Assembly (NCBI RefSeq): GCF_001194135.2
Contig: NC_068984.1
Span: forward strand, 11,738,266 to 11,802,265
Length of the DNA: 64,000 bases
Direction of reading: 5' to 3'
From: Octopus bimaculoides
Lineage: Eukaryota
Under the pieces are notes generated by a model. The model had not been told where the DNA came from. It worked only from the letters and a program-made list of their open reading frames with translations, and ran no database searches. This document shows, one piece after another, positions 37,080-50,136 of this stretch (within the stretch, counting starts at the first letter, position 1; each line of letters begins with the position of its first letter). A program made the position numbers and the translations under genes.

Positions 37080-39234
37080 ATTTTGTCATTATGTTGTTTG
37101 CATGCTGCGTAAAGAAAAACAATGCCACCTATCTATGTGATCGTATCTTTGATTACAATCTGCCATGAAAACATATCAGGGCATTGAGGTATTAGTTGTT
37201 TCAAGTACTACAGGAAATTGTAGCTTACTTGGAAACAAGTGAGGAAAGGCAACAGAAAGAGCATCCAAGTGTAGGAAAACTACCTCAGAGTTTCCTCTGA
37301 CTCATGCCAGCATGGAAAAGTAGATGTTAAAACAATAGCAATGATGATGGTGATGAATGTAAAAAGTAAAAAAAGAACCAAAAGACAATTCAAGATCAAA
37401 ATCACCACATCCAGAAAATTCTATTAAATCTTCACAAATTATTAGCAAAAGATTCAAATGAAAATTTCTTCATGTCTCAAATGAAATATTATATCAAAGT
37501 TGAATTTCTGCTAAGCCTAAAACTGTAATGCTATGTAACAAATATTTATGGCCTGGTTTTAATACCACCTTGGTTGGAATGCTTGCTGAAGGCACCCAAG
37601 GACAAGTCTCAGGTTTGAGAATAACTTTCTCCCTTTCTCCTATCTTTCCAACAGTTTTGCAGGCCCTAAGAAAGAACCATGGGTTAATGCCGTTCCTATT
37701 CTGGCTAAGCTATGCAAAAAACGAAAAAAAAAATGAAATAATAATAATAATGGAATTAAAAAACATGAGTAGGTAATATATTAGAAGAGAAAACAGACTG
37801 ACAAGTTAGGGAAATAACTGCCAGCCATTTTTAACATCAATCAGTTTAGTGTAAGGGATAGAGTTAACATACTTTCTCCCAGCTGAGGAAGTAAGGCTGC
37901 TGCTTTATATTATATTCTGCCACATAAAAGAGATCAACTAATACTCCCATGGCAATAAATGTCTTGGCTTTTAAAATCTGGTCTTGTTTTATAGATGTCT
38001 ACTCTCCAGATAAAACTACTTACAGGGAGCCTGTTTAGTAGGTTTGTTTTCAGCTGTGCCAGGATACTAGTTCACATAGTGTTAGATCACAATATACAGG
38101 ACTTGTCTTACTGAACATATTATGTAGGTTTTTAGGAAGAAATGCAGGCTATGTTGTCACCTTCTTAACTCCAGAGAAAAAGAACTGTTTTAGTGTGCCA
38201 TTCATTTGAATCAGCTACAATTAGGGTGTCATTAAATAATCAGAACATAGGCATGGCTGTGTGGTTAAGTTTGCTTTCCAACCACCTGATTTGGGGTTCA
38301 GTCTCATTGTGTGGTACCTTACACAGATTCTGCTACAGGCCCTGGCTAATCAAAGCCTCGTGAGTAGATTTGGAAAACAGAAACTGAAAAGAAGCTCAGC
38401 ATTAAAATAATACATCTGTTTGTTGTTTACACACATGTATTCGTCTTTTGTTGTTTTTTTTTTGTAAATTCTCACTATATATATATATATATATATGGCT
38501 CTTTGAAACGCTGGTGTTAAAACGGGGGTAACTGATGAAGTAGAATGTTCTCTATGTGGCTTGTGTGTTTTCTCGTCTACGTTTTGTTTGCAATGTCCTG
38601 TACCCAGATATGCACCTATACATACAGGTGGATGTCGGTACGCACATACCTGTACGTATATATGCATATACTCATTTACTATTTGTTTTTATNNNNNNNN
38701 NNNNNNNNNNNNNNNNNNNNNNNNNNNNNNNNNNNNNNNNNNNNNNNNNNNNNNNNNNNNNNNNNNNNNNNNNNNNNNNNNNNNNNNNNNNNNNNNNNNN
38801 NNNNNNNNNNNNNNNNNNNNNNNNNNNNNNNNNNNNNNNNNNNNNNNNNNNNNNNNNNNNNNNNNNNNNNNNNNNNNNNNNNNNNNNNNNNNNNNNNNNN
38901 NNNNNNNNNNNNNNNNNNNNNNNNNNNNNNNNNNNNNNNNNNNNNNNNNNNNNNNNNNNNNNNNNNNNNNNNNNNNNNNNNNNNNNNNNNNNNNNNNNNN
39001 NNNNNNNNNNNNNNNNNNNNNNNNNNNNNNNNNNNNNNNNNNNNNNNNNNNNNNNNNNNNNNNNNNNNNNNNNNNNNNNNNNNNNNNNNNNNNNNNNNNN
39101 NNNAATCCACTCATAAGGCTTTGGTCAACCTGAGGCTATAGTAGAAGACACTTGCCCAAGGTGCCACACAGTGGGACTGAACCTGGAACCATGTAGTTGG
39201 TAAGCAAGCTACTTACCACACAGCCACCCCTATG

Positions 39235-39275
<41 letters not shown>

Positions 39276-39615
39276 ACATATGTGCATGCATGTGTGTATG
39301 CGTGTTGTTGTATATTTATGTCTCCTCTTGGCATTTCATGATAGTTGTTAACGAGTGTCACCATTATACAAATTGTGCTGTTTGTAATCTTCCATGAAAA
39401 TACAAGGATGGCCATAAGTTGCTTTACCCATTTCTTTATAATTATTAGAAATAGGTAAAGCGACTTATGGCCATCCCTGTATATCTGACCATGGGGGAAA
39501 ATATCATCTTTAAGGAAATATGTGAAGGCTAGCAAAAGGAAAAGTATCTGGCCATAGAAAATCTACCTTGATGAATTCTATCTGATCAATGCAAGCATGG
39601 AAAAGTGGACATAAT

Positions 39616-40228
39616 CCCTTTAGCATTCAGATTACTGTCAAATGTAATGCTTATTTATTCATATTCATCATTATCATCATCGTTTAACGTCCACTTTCCA
39701 TGCTAGCATGGGTTGAACGATTTGACTGGGGACTGGCAAGCCAGAAGGTTGCACCAGGCTCCAATCTGATCTGGCAGAGTTTCTACAGCTGGATGCCCTT
39801 CCTAACGCCAACCACTCCGAGAGTGTAGTGGGTGCTTTTACATGCCACCAGCACGAGGGCCAGTCACACGGTACTGGCAACGGCCACGCTCAAAATGGTG
39901 TTTTTTTACATGCCACCTGCACAGGAGCCAGTCCAGCGCCANNNNNNNNNNNNNNNNNNNNNNNNNNNNNNNNNNNNNNNNNNNNNNNNNNNNNNNNNNN
40001 NNNNNNNNNNNNNNNNNNNNNNNNNNNNNNNNNNNNNNNNNNNNNNNNNNNNNNNNNNNNNNNNNNNNNNNNNNNNNNNNNNNNNNNNNNNNNNNNNNNN
40101 NNNNNNNNNNNNNNNNNNNNNNNNNNNNNNNNNNNNNNNNNNNNNNNNNNNNNNNNNNNNNNNNNNNNNNNNNACATAAAGCAGGTAAAATATTTGCGCC
40201 AGATATGGCCAGTGTAAATGCTAAAGGA
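39616..40228. mobile_element. Second piggyBac-type MITE family (TIR ccctttagcatt / aatgctaaagga) with a nested LINE 3' UTR and an N gap
   Basis: The inverted termini are visible and the right flank is TTAA. A related body lies at about 23283-23460 and an isolated right end at about 5198-5226. Confidence 0.6.
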
Positions 40229-42399
40229 TTAAAACAACAACAACAACAACAACGGTGATGATGATGAGGAGAAGAGGGAGGAGTATATATCGGTGCCTTG
40301 AAAGGTCTTATAACTAATTATAAGATACCAATCCTCAATAACTAACCAAACACTGCCACCGTGATTCTTATCTTTTCTTTTCCATATGTAATCAAAAGAA
40401 TGAAGATAGAAAGCAGAATCCTTGCCAAGTTTGCTCAATAAAACAAAAGCAGTTATCTTTCAGGTAGAAATAATAAATGTTTACAGAAGAAAAATAACAC
40501 ATCTTTGGCAGAATTCAACAGCTGATAAAGAATAACCCTTTCTTCTCTTTCTAATCCTCATTTTCAGTTTTCACACATATTCCTATTGTAAGTTATTGGG
40601 GATTAAAAAAAAACAACACACTAAGATTGTTTTATTTCGGGGTTTTTTTTTTTTTCTTTGGTGGCTGTTGAAATATCACTCAATACTGTCTCACATCTAT
40701 GAAGTGCAAAGGTAATATACAAAACACAGGTATTAATATTTCAAAATTGAAGGCATTGAGCTGGCAGACTCATTAGCATATCAGACGAAATGCTAAGCAC
40801 ATTTCTTCTGGCTCTTTACGATCTGAGAACATATTCTGCCAAGGTTGACTTTGTCTTTCCTCCTTTTGATGCCAATAAAATAAGTACTGGCTATGTGGTA
40901 AGAAGCTTGCTTTCCAACCACATGGTTCCAGGTTCAATCCTACCATGTGGCACTTCGGACAAGTGTCTTCTACCATAGCCTTGTGAGTAGATTTGGTATA
41001 CAGAACCTGAAAGAAGACGTGTGTGTGTGTGTGTGTGTGTGTGAGCTACTGCTACTTGACAACCAGTGTTGGTGTGTTTGCATCCTCGTAACTTAGCCGT
41101 TTGGCAAAAGAGACCAGATAGAATAAGTACCAATAAAAAAAAGTACTGGGATCAATTCATTTGACTAAAAATTCTTCATGGTGATGCCCCAGCATGGCCA
41201 CAGTCTAATAAAGGAAAAGGATAACGAAATGCACAACACACATGTACACACACGCTCTAAAAACATGGCCCATACACCCGACACTAGTTTTTGTAGCAAG
41301 CATGAAATGAGATACAACGAAATCTTTTGTCATCTACATACAATTTCTTGTCACTAAGCTTTCACTGGGTCTTTCCCAGCCACATACTAACAAAGTACAA
41401 ATCACTTAAATAATAGATAACATCAACAACTTGATGTGTACCATAGGTGTTTACACTAGGTTAAAGAAAATTAAAAAACAAAAAAAAAAACAAATATAAA
41501 TACAAACATCAACTGTTACAGTTTCTTCTCTCACACATCCGTAGTAACTAATATAGTTATCTAGAATTTCACAGCTACGCTCCACCACCACCACCACCAC
41601 CACTGCCACTTAAACTGCCATGTTGCACTCTGCTTTTCACTACATTCATCACTTTTTCAGATCATGGCAGCTGTACTTCATCCCAAGTACAGCTACCGCA
41701 CATACAGCCCCCCCTCCNNNNNNNNNNNNNNNNNNNNNNNNNNNNNNNNNNNNNNNNNNNNNNNNNNNNNNNNNNNNNNNNNNNNNNNNNNNNNNNNNNN
41801 NNNNNNNNNNNNNNNNNNNNNNNNNNNNNNNNNNNNNNNNNNNNNNNNNNNNNNNNNNNNNNNNNNNNNNNNNNNNNNNNNNNNNNNNNNNNNNNNNNNN
41901 NNNNNNNNNNNNNNNNNNNNNNNNNNNNNNNNNNNNNNNNNNNNNNNNNNNNNNNNNNNNNNNNNNNNNNNNNNNNNNNNNNNNNNNNNNNNNNNNNNNN
42001 NNNNNNNNNNNNNNNNNNNNNNNNNNNNNNNNNNNNNNNNNNNNNNNTATATATATATATATATATGAAAGGGAAAGCAAAAATAACAACAATGATGATG
42101 ATGATGGTTACTTAATGTAATGTGAATCCCTAATTATGGAATGGTAAAGGTGAAATCAAGAGAAAATATTGCTACACCACATATCAATCAGTAATCACAA
42201 TGAATCTGCTCATTCAACCCATACTAGCTTGGGACATGGATGTTAAATGATAAATGCTGATAATAGTCATCATCATGACAGTGGCAGCAACAACAACAAC
42301 AACTGTTTCTGACTTGGCCACAAGGAGAGGGGATTAGGTGATGCCATCCACCCCCACCCACCAATACTTAGCTAGTACTTCGTTTTATTTTTTACTTGT

Positions 42400-42778
42400 T
42401 TCAGTCATTAGACTGCAGCCAGGCTGGGGGCACCACCTTGAACTTTTAATCAAATGAATCAACATCAGTTTTTATTTATTATTTTTTTAAAGAGTAGTAT
42501 TTATTCTATCTGATATGTCTCTTTTGTTGAACTGCTAAGTTACAGGGATGTAAACACACCAACACCAGTTGTCAAGCAGTGATGGGAAACAAACAGACAC
42601 AAAGACACACACACACACACACGATGGGTTTCTTTCCATTTCCATCTACCAAATTTACCCACAAGGCCTTAGTCGGCCGAAGGCTATAGTAGAAGATGCT
42701 TGCCCAAGGTGCCATGCAGTGGGACTGAACCTGGAACCATGTGGTTGGGAAGCAAGCTTCTTACCACACAGCCATGTC
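42400..42778 (-). mobile_element. Family A SINE
   Basis: Colinear with 11763-12187. Other copies lie at about 12470-12862, 27480-27805, 31185-31495, 32625-32980, 40890-41212 and 59385-59752. Confidence 0.8.
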
Positions 42779-43139
42779 TGAAAAGATGAAAGACAATGTC
42801 AATCTCAATGAGATTTGAACCCAGAATGGAAACAACAAGAATAAATATTACAAAATATTTTTTTCCCCAGTGCTCTAACAATTCTACCAATTTGCCAATA
42901 ACTTTTCTTTAGTACAGAGATATCTAATGAACAAGATCAAGTGCAACGCAAGGGTGAAAAATATCTGTGGTATGGGGACTTTGGAATTGAGACATTTACA
43001 GAACTTCTACAGAAAATATCACTGTTACAAATATCTGAGATTTTGAAGAAGGTCCTAGAAATATAAAAAAGGATGAAAATCTGAGGGATCAAACTCTGAG
43101 TCATTTGTTATGACATTCTCTCAACATAAGTAATTGGCC

Positions 43140-43270
43140 TGTTGAAATGATAATGATAATGATGACAGTGGTGGTGGTAATGATGACAGCAGCGATAATG
43201 ATGGCATCAGTGACGATGATGACAATGATGATGATGAAGGTGAGAAGGAGAAGGATGGTGGTGATGATGA
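43140..43270. repeat. Degenerate (GAT/GGT)n low-complexity tract
   Basis: Directly visible. A similar tract lies at about 20255-20335. Confidence 0.85.
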
Positions 43271-45299
43271 TTTTCTTAAGAAACGGCACAATTTAAAGTG
43301 GGGAAAGACTTTAACATAAAACACTTCAATTTATTTCCCCAACAAATATGAAAATTAACTTGACATTGATGGAGTTTGAACTCAAAACTGTACCATCAGG
43401 GATAGAAATTACAAACTATCAAGCTTGGCTCATTACTGCCATGCCCAACTTGTTGATTAATTACCTTCATTAAAAATATCATAGTAAAAGGCTATGTAGT
43501 AAATAAAGTTTTCTAAATTCAATCCTGCTAAATAAAGTACGTTAAGGTAAAGAAATTCTTTGGAAATACCAAAACATATTTCCTCAAAACCAGCAGAGCA
43601 TGAAAAGAACTGAAGGAGTGAACCTGAATAAAAGAAAATTATGCAGATACACTTAGAGAGAGAAACTGCTAAAAAAATCTAGCAGTTTACCATAATCTAG
43701 CTATATTGATTCCAGCAGCTGTGGCTAGTTTGTAGATCAGAGAGAAGAGCCCAGTCTAATGGCATAATCAAATGGCGCCGATGTTTCTGAGAGTCAGCCA
43801 AGAGTTACATGTTGCTGACATATGTATTAAGGCAATCAGCCTATTCTAGAAGCTTCTTTCATCTTTCAAACTCAAACTGTAGCTTCCAAGTTCAAAGTGG
43901 AATGGGGAGAAAGATCTTGACAAATACAAATGGTGTACATCCACCAGCAGACAACTTTGGTTAATCAAGTGGGTTGAAATTTGGTTAAAAGCTAAGCAGA
44001 CTAATATGGCTGAAAGGAAAACATGAAAAGCATGAAATTAGGGCAATAAAAAAAATCTCTGTTAGCTTCACTTTATTTGTGTGAAGCTGAGACTGATCCA
44101 AAAGACATTATTGTACAACATTCATAAAAACTATAGAAGCTTGCTTTTACCAATTTTATTACTCTCTGAGTGGTTGGCGTTAGGAAGGGCATCCAGCTGT
44201 AGAAACTCTGCCAAATCAGACTGGAGCCTGGTGTTGCCATCCGGTTTCACCAGTCCTCAGTCAAATCGTCCAACCCATGCTAGCATGGAAAGCGGACGTT
44301 AAACGATGATGATGATGATGATGATTATAAAACAAATATTTTGTTTCTTCTATTCTAGTGAAACAATGAAAATTGCTGTTGCACGAAACAGTTTGTTTTA
44401 TACTCTTTTGTTTTTCTGGGGTCTTTTAAAAAAAATTTTCTGGCCGCAGTCATGGGACTGTGGCCATGCTGAAAGGGCTCAGTCTGTCTAAGCTTAAAAA
44501 CAAATTCTGCAAACAACTCTTCTGTAGGTGCAGCCATGGCTGTGTGGTTAAGAAGCTCACTTTGCAACCAAGTTGTTTCAGGTTCATTCCCATTACATGG
44601 CACTTTGGGCAAGTGACTGCTACTCTAGCCCCTATGTGATCAATGCCTGGTGAATGAATTTGGTAGACAGAAACTGTGTAGAAGCCTGTCATATATATAA
44701 ATTTGCTTTTATGTTATAATAAAAACAATTTCACATTAAATTGAAAGATCACTCACTCCATTTGGTAGAGTACAAATTTATTTATTTATTAATAGAAGTA
44801 GTATTGACAGTGACTTCGAAGCTTTGGCCAGCTAGGTCATCATCAGATTGTGTGTCTGTAATTGCCTCCCATCACCACTTGTCCTAGTAACTTAGCAATT
44901 TGGCAAAAGAAACTGATAAACTAAGTTCCAAACTTAAAATAAGTACTGGGATTGATCTGTTCAACTAAAACCCTTAAAGGAGGTGCCCCAGCATGGCCAC
45001 AGTTCAATAACTGAAGCAAATGAAAGCTAAAAAGGAGAGGACAAACAAATCAGGAATTTTTTTTAATATTGGTCATCCAGAGAATTGTACCAATTGGTAA
45101 CCAGAGCTGAAGAAAATTAAAATATAATCAGCACAAGTATCAGTTCCATCATGTTTGCTATTCTACCAACTAGATTGACTTGGTCCAGTGGTTCTCAACC
45201 ATTTTTTTTTTTTTACTTATGGACCCCTTTAATTACTATTTTATTCTGATGGAAATATTTTCTGGGTTTTTTTTTTTCTTTTCTGGTTTCTGTCGACGA

Positions 45300-45875
45300 C
45301 TAGCACCCATGCCAACCTCTCCTTCATTGGACACTAAACTTGGATGGCGAAGACCTGTTGGGGCAAGTGAAATTGAAGTCGTGATTGATTGAACCAAATT
45401 CAATGACTGGCACCTGTGCCAGTGGAGCACTAAGAGTACTGTCCGAGCATGATCATTGCCAGAGCAGCTGTCTGGCTTCCGTGCCAGTGGCACATAAATA
45501 GCACCATTTGAGCGTGATCATTACCAGCGTCGCCTTTCTGGCACTTGTGCCAGTGACACATGAAAAAACATTCGAGCGAGGTCGTTGCCAGTGCTGCTGG
45601 ACTGGCTTCTGTGCTCCTGTGCAGGTGGCACGTAAAAAACACCATATTGAGCATGGCCGTTGCCAGTACCGTGTGACTGGCCCTCGTGCCAGTGGCATGT
45701 AAAAGCACCCACTACACTCTCAGAGTGGTTGGCGTTAGGAAGGGCATCCAGCTGTAGAAACTCTGCCAGATCAGATTAGAGCCTGGTGCAGCCTTCTGGT
45801 TCACCAGTCCTCAGTCAAATTGTCCAACCCATGCTAGCATGGAAAGTGGACGTTAAACGATGATGATGATGATGA
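45300..45875 (+). mobile_element. RTE LINE 3' UTR with several internal tandem units and (GAT)n tail
   Basis: Repeated unit gccagtggcacgtaaaaagcaccatt..., then the conserved end ccaacccatgctagcatggaaagtggacgttaaacgatgatgat. Confidence 0.85.
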
Positions 45876-48391
45876 CTGTGGCCATGAAGTACCATCTGAA
45901 AGAGTTTAGGACTCCCATAGCTCTTCAATTATTTAAAACTAGTCTGATAGATACTTCTTTCAAAATTCTTATTTCATTTTTCACCCATTCATTTGTGATG
46001 GTTTGCAGCAGTATTCTCTGAGAGAACAGGTTTCAGTTTCCAGAAGTATGTTAAACTATGACAAACATTAGAGAAAGGAACCTGACTACTTCTTGCAATA
46101 AATACATCAAAAGCAAAATTTTTTCCTTCATATACACATTAAACACTACTGAATAGCATGGTCAATGCCAGTGCTACCTGACTTGCTCCCATGCTGGTGG
46201 CGCATAAAAAGCACCACTACACTCTCGGAGTGGTTGGCATTAGGAAACCTTGCCAGATTAGATTGAAGTCTAGTGAAACCTCCCAGCTTGCCAGTCCTCA
46301 GTCAAACCGTCCAACCCATACCAGCATGGAAAGCAGATGTTAAACGACGACGATGATGACGTAGGTCCCCAATTTACTATTCTGCTTGCATGGACCCTCC
46401 AAAATCTTATATGGACCCAGGTTGAGAACTACTGATTTACATGAAGCTAACTAATCATGGTTTACTCTGGCAAAAGTTCAGCAGAACTTCATTAAATAAC
46501 TGATCAATAAATTCTATGACTTCCAACTCTAATTTGATTCGTAATACATTTTCCTAAGTAATTCATTTGGTCAGAAGTAAGAAAAGAAGTATCAATCGTG
46601 TTGTGTATGAAGTGACTGGAAATAGAACAGACGTAAAGCATGGAGAATTTGTTAGTCGTGCTACAACGGAGTATCTATATCAGGGGTGAACAAACTTCTT
46701 GCATTATTGACCCTTTCATGGAATCATTGATATCAACCCCATCATGTAAATTTCTAAAATGAAATCTTGAAATATAATTAAAAAATATCTTGATTTAAAA
46801 AACATTAATTTCTTCATTTTTTTCGTGTCATTACAACTTTTTTTAATAAGAAAAACAATAAAACTTCAGTCATATTATATTGGGTACCAAGTAAAAGCAT
46901 CCAGCACACTCTGGAAAGTGGTTGGCATTAGGAAGGGCATCCAGATGTAGAAGCCATGCCAATGCAGACTGGAGTCTGGTGCAGCTCCCCAGCTTGCCAA
47001 CTCTGGTCAAACCATCCAACCCATGCCAGCATGGACAACAGACATTAAATGATGATGCTGCTGATGATGATGAAGGTGGCAGAATTGTTAACTGATGATG
47101 ATGATCACATATAGTGAGCTTCTTGCAGTTTATGTCAATTAAATCCATTTATAGTGCTTTGAATGGCTAAGTACTATAATGTAAGACGCTTGCCCAACAT
47201 GGTGCACTGTGGGACAGAATCTAAAACTATGCGTCTGCATAGTAAATGTCTTAACCACACAGCCATATCTGCACCTCTGAACTACATTGAGTATAAAAAT
47301 ACTTTCATTCCCAGCAAATAGAACTCACTGTAAGAAAGCAATTGCTTTCCATACAAAAGATGGTATTAGCGATGTTCAAGTCAAATGAGTTATATCAGAG
47401 AGAGAGAGATAGGATATAAGTAGCTTCAAAAGCTGACCCACAGTTCAAGTTGAACTGAGCTGGGAATGATACAATGGATGTGTGATAGGAACTTACTGGA
47501 AACGTTGGTTGCACTAAACTAAAAAAAACATTTGGAAATTAGAAGTAGTAAATGTTGACTCCAGTAATGACAACGGAAATAGCAGCCACTTATGTTGAAA
47601 ATTAGGTAAATAAATATTAGAAACTTGTAAATGTTGTAGCTAGGAAAGCGACATGCCAAGAATAACAGCAGAGGAAGTGGCTGATACAGGCCTCAACAAG
47701 TGGAATTTTTTTTTTCTTTTCTGTTCAACACATGGATGTCAATATTTTTTGATACCCCGTGATGGGAAACAGTACCATGGGTAGAGGAATAAAGTATTTG
47801 TAATACTCTTGTTTCTTTGTAACAGCAAAGTGAAGTGCAGTCTCTGAGGGAAACCCAGAACTTGAACCCACTATATCTATCTTGGAGTCTGATGATTGCA
47901 CATAATGGTGATATAACGATAAAGAGATTATACACACACACACACACACACACAGAGGAACATAGTTCAGATGAAGCATTCATCTGTTACTTTACTCCAT
48001 TACATGCTATTGGGAGACAGATGTATTTATTTACCAATAGTATGGAACACCAAAGGTAATTGTTAAAAAATATTAATAGGAAAATTTCCTCACTAATAAT
48101 ATCATACAAATTATTTAATAGAAGACAAAGTTGTTATAAAGATTTCAAAAATGTGTTAATTTTCCAAAACAAAATAAGGTAATAATTCTAATGAAATCAC
48201 ATTCTGTAATAAAACAATTTGCATTTTAATTACTTCAAACCTTGGAAAACATAACCCAATTAATTAAACTCATTTAACCCATTTAATTAAACTAAAATAT
48301 CAAACAACAATGGGTGAGCTTATTGTTTTCTTTTATACGATTAGGTGTTACTGGATCACTAAGATTAACCAGAAAATCTGCTAAGACACCA

Positions 48392-48439
48392 TTATCCATT
48401 TATAAGTTCCACATATGTCGAGATAGGTGATAGCGTAAA
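48392..48439 (-). CDS. Candidate terminal exon FTLSPISTYVELING*
   Basis: Acceptor GCTTTCAG|, in frame with 48511-48570, ends in TAA. I recognise no homology. Confidence 0.33.
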   Translation of the reverse strand, partial: FTLSPISTYVELING

Positions 48440-48510
48440 CTGAAAGCATTGATGTTGAAATTTCACTTAAGGTCTTCCATACATCACAGGTGTCTTCAGC
48501 TGCAACTTAC

Positions 48511-48570
48511 TACTGACAGTTCTTGGAGTTGTTTTAATAATTCAATACAAGGATTGGGAGGTGAATCATC
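48511..48570 (-). CDS. Candidate exon DDSPPNPCIELLKQLQELSV of an unidentified gene or cryptic unit
   Basis: Acceptor TATTTAG|, donor GTA|GTAAGT, 60 nt, phase 0 to 0. A 71-nt GT-AG intron joins it to the next candidate. I recognise no homology. Confidence 0.35.
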
Positions 48571-48917
48571 CTAAATAGAACCCCACCATGAGGGCCATTA
48601 CTGCTATTGCTATCACAATAGTGCAACAGACTTCAGGTTTTTTTCCCCCTCTTTCATAACATCAATTTACAGTCATTGACAAAACCAATAAATAGTACCA
48701 ACAGCAGATTTTATTTAGAGTCACCAAACACAGAATATCACTGCTATCACCCCCCCCCCACCACATTACTATTCACTAAAGAATACAATATTATATTTCC
48801 CATAACTATATACATAGAGTAGCCAATAAATATTCCCAATTAACTATACTGCTACCATAACAAGTACAGTTAATTCTACAGCAACCATTATTTACAAAAC
48901 TTTCACTGCTGCTGCTG

Positions 48918-49166
48918 CTACCACTGGCACCACCACCACCACAAGTATTACCATACCATCAGTACCACCACTACTACCACAAGCACTACCATACCATCAG
49001 TACCACCACTATTACCACAAGCACTACTATACCATCAGTACCACCACTACACCACCAGTACCACCACTATACCACCAGTACCACCACTATACCACCAGTA
49101 CCACCACTATACCATCAGTACCACCACTATACCATCAGTATCACCACTACTACCGCCAGCACTACC
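48918..49166. repeat. Minisatellite with 20-bp unit ccaccactataccaccagta and longer variants
   Basis: About five near-identical 20-mers at about 49040-49140, preceded by longer diverged units. Confidence 0.88.
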
Positions 49167-50082
49167 CAGATTCAGTCCATCACTGTCAGCAACGAACACA
49201 ACAAGTAATTTCCCCCAGAAACAAAAGTATCACATCCATCACCAATAAACAGTCAGTCGACACCAACCACATCAAACTTTTTAACTCGTTTGGCCTGTAC
49301 CTGAGGAAGACATAGCCTGCTACAAGCTATAAATGGAAGCTGGTGGGTTAGTTAATCTTGCCGACATCGTGTTACAATATAATCTTAATATAGATGCCCA
49401 ACACAGCTGCCAGAAAAGTATGTGTAATTCAAGGTGACAACTAGAAGTTGTCTTGCATCTGGTACCACCAACAGAACAGCTATTACTACTGTTAATAAGT
49501 TGGCATATAAAACCGTGTAGCCAAATATATTAAAAAAGTATTTCAAAATTTGAACATTTCCAATATATTTTCAATTTAGAGTTTTCTATAAAAGAAATAT
49601 CATACAAAAGAGAAAAAAAAAAAAGGAGGGGGGGGGGGGGGATAAAACTAGATAAATCACATACACACACACACACGTGCAGAAATGCAAGCACAGAAAA
49701 ACAGACCACAGACACATGCATGCACACACACACACACACACACACACAGTCTATTTAAGCAACATTTAATAACATATGTTTAAATGGATGACAAACTCAG
49801 GAGTTAAACACTTGTTTTTCTCACATACATACAATTACAAAAGAAGTACTGACGAAGACAATTATACTTCCTCAGGGGTATTAACCCTTTTCAGATTGCC
49901 CACTGGTTCTAAGATAACACACACACACATGTATTGACATGAGTGTGACTGTGTGGTAAGAAGCTTGCTTTCCAACCACATGGTTCCAGGCTTAGTCCCA
50001 TTATTAGCACCGTGGGCAAATGTATTCTACTATAGCCCAGGGCTGACTAAAACCTTGTGAGTGGATTTGGTAGACAGAAACC

Positions 50083-50136
<54 letters not shown>

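Noticed and set aside
38545-39141. Long ORFs full of X (also 16.6, 28.9, 31.5, 39.9 and 41.7 kb)
   Set aside because: They are artefacts of reading through N gaps.
45400-45700. Regularly spaced repeats that superficially resemble a CRISPR array
   Set aside because: The intervening sequences are themselves related, the array is part of a eukaryotic LINE 3' UTR present in many copies, and there are no cas genes.
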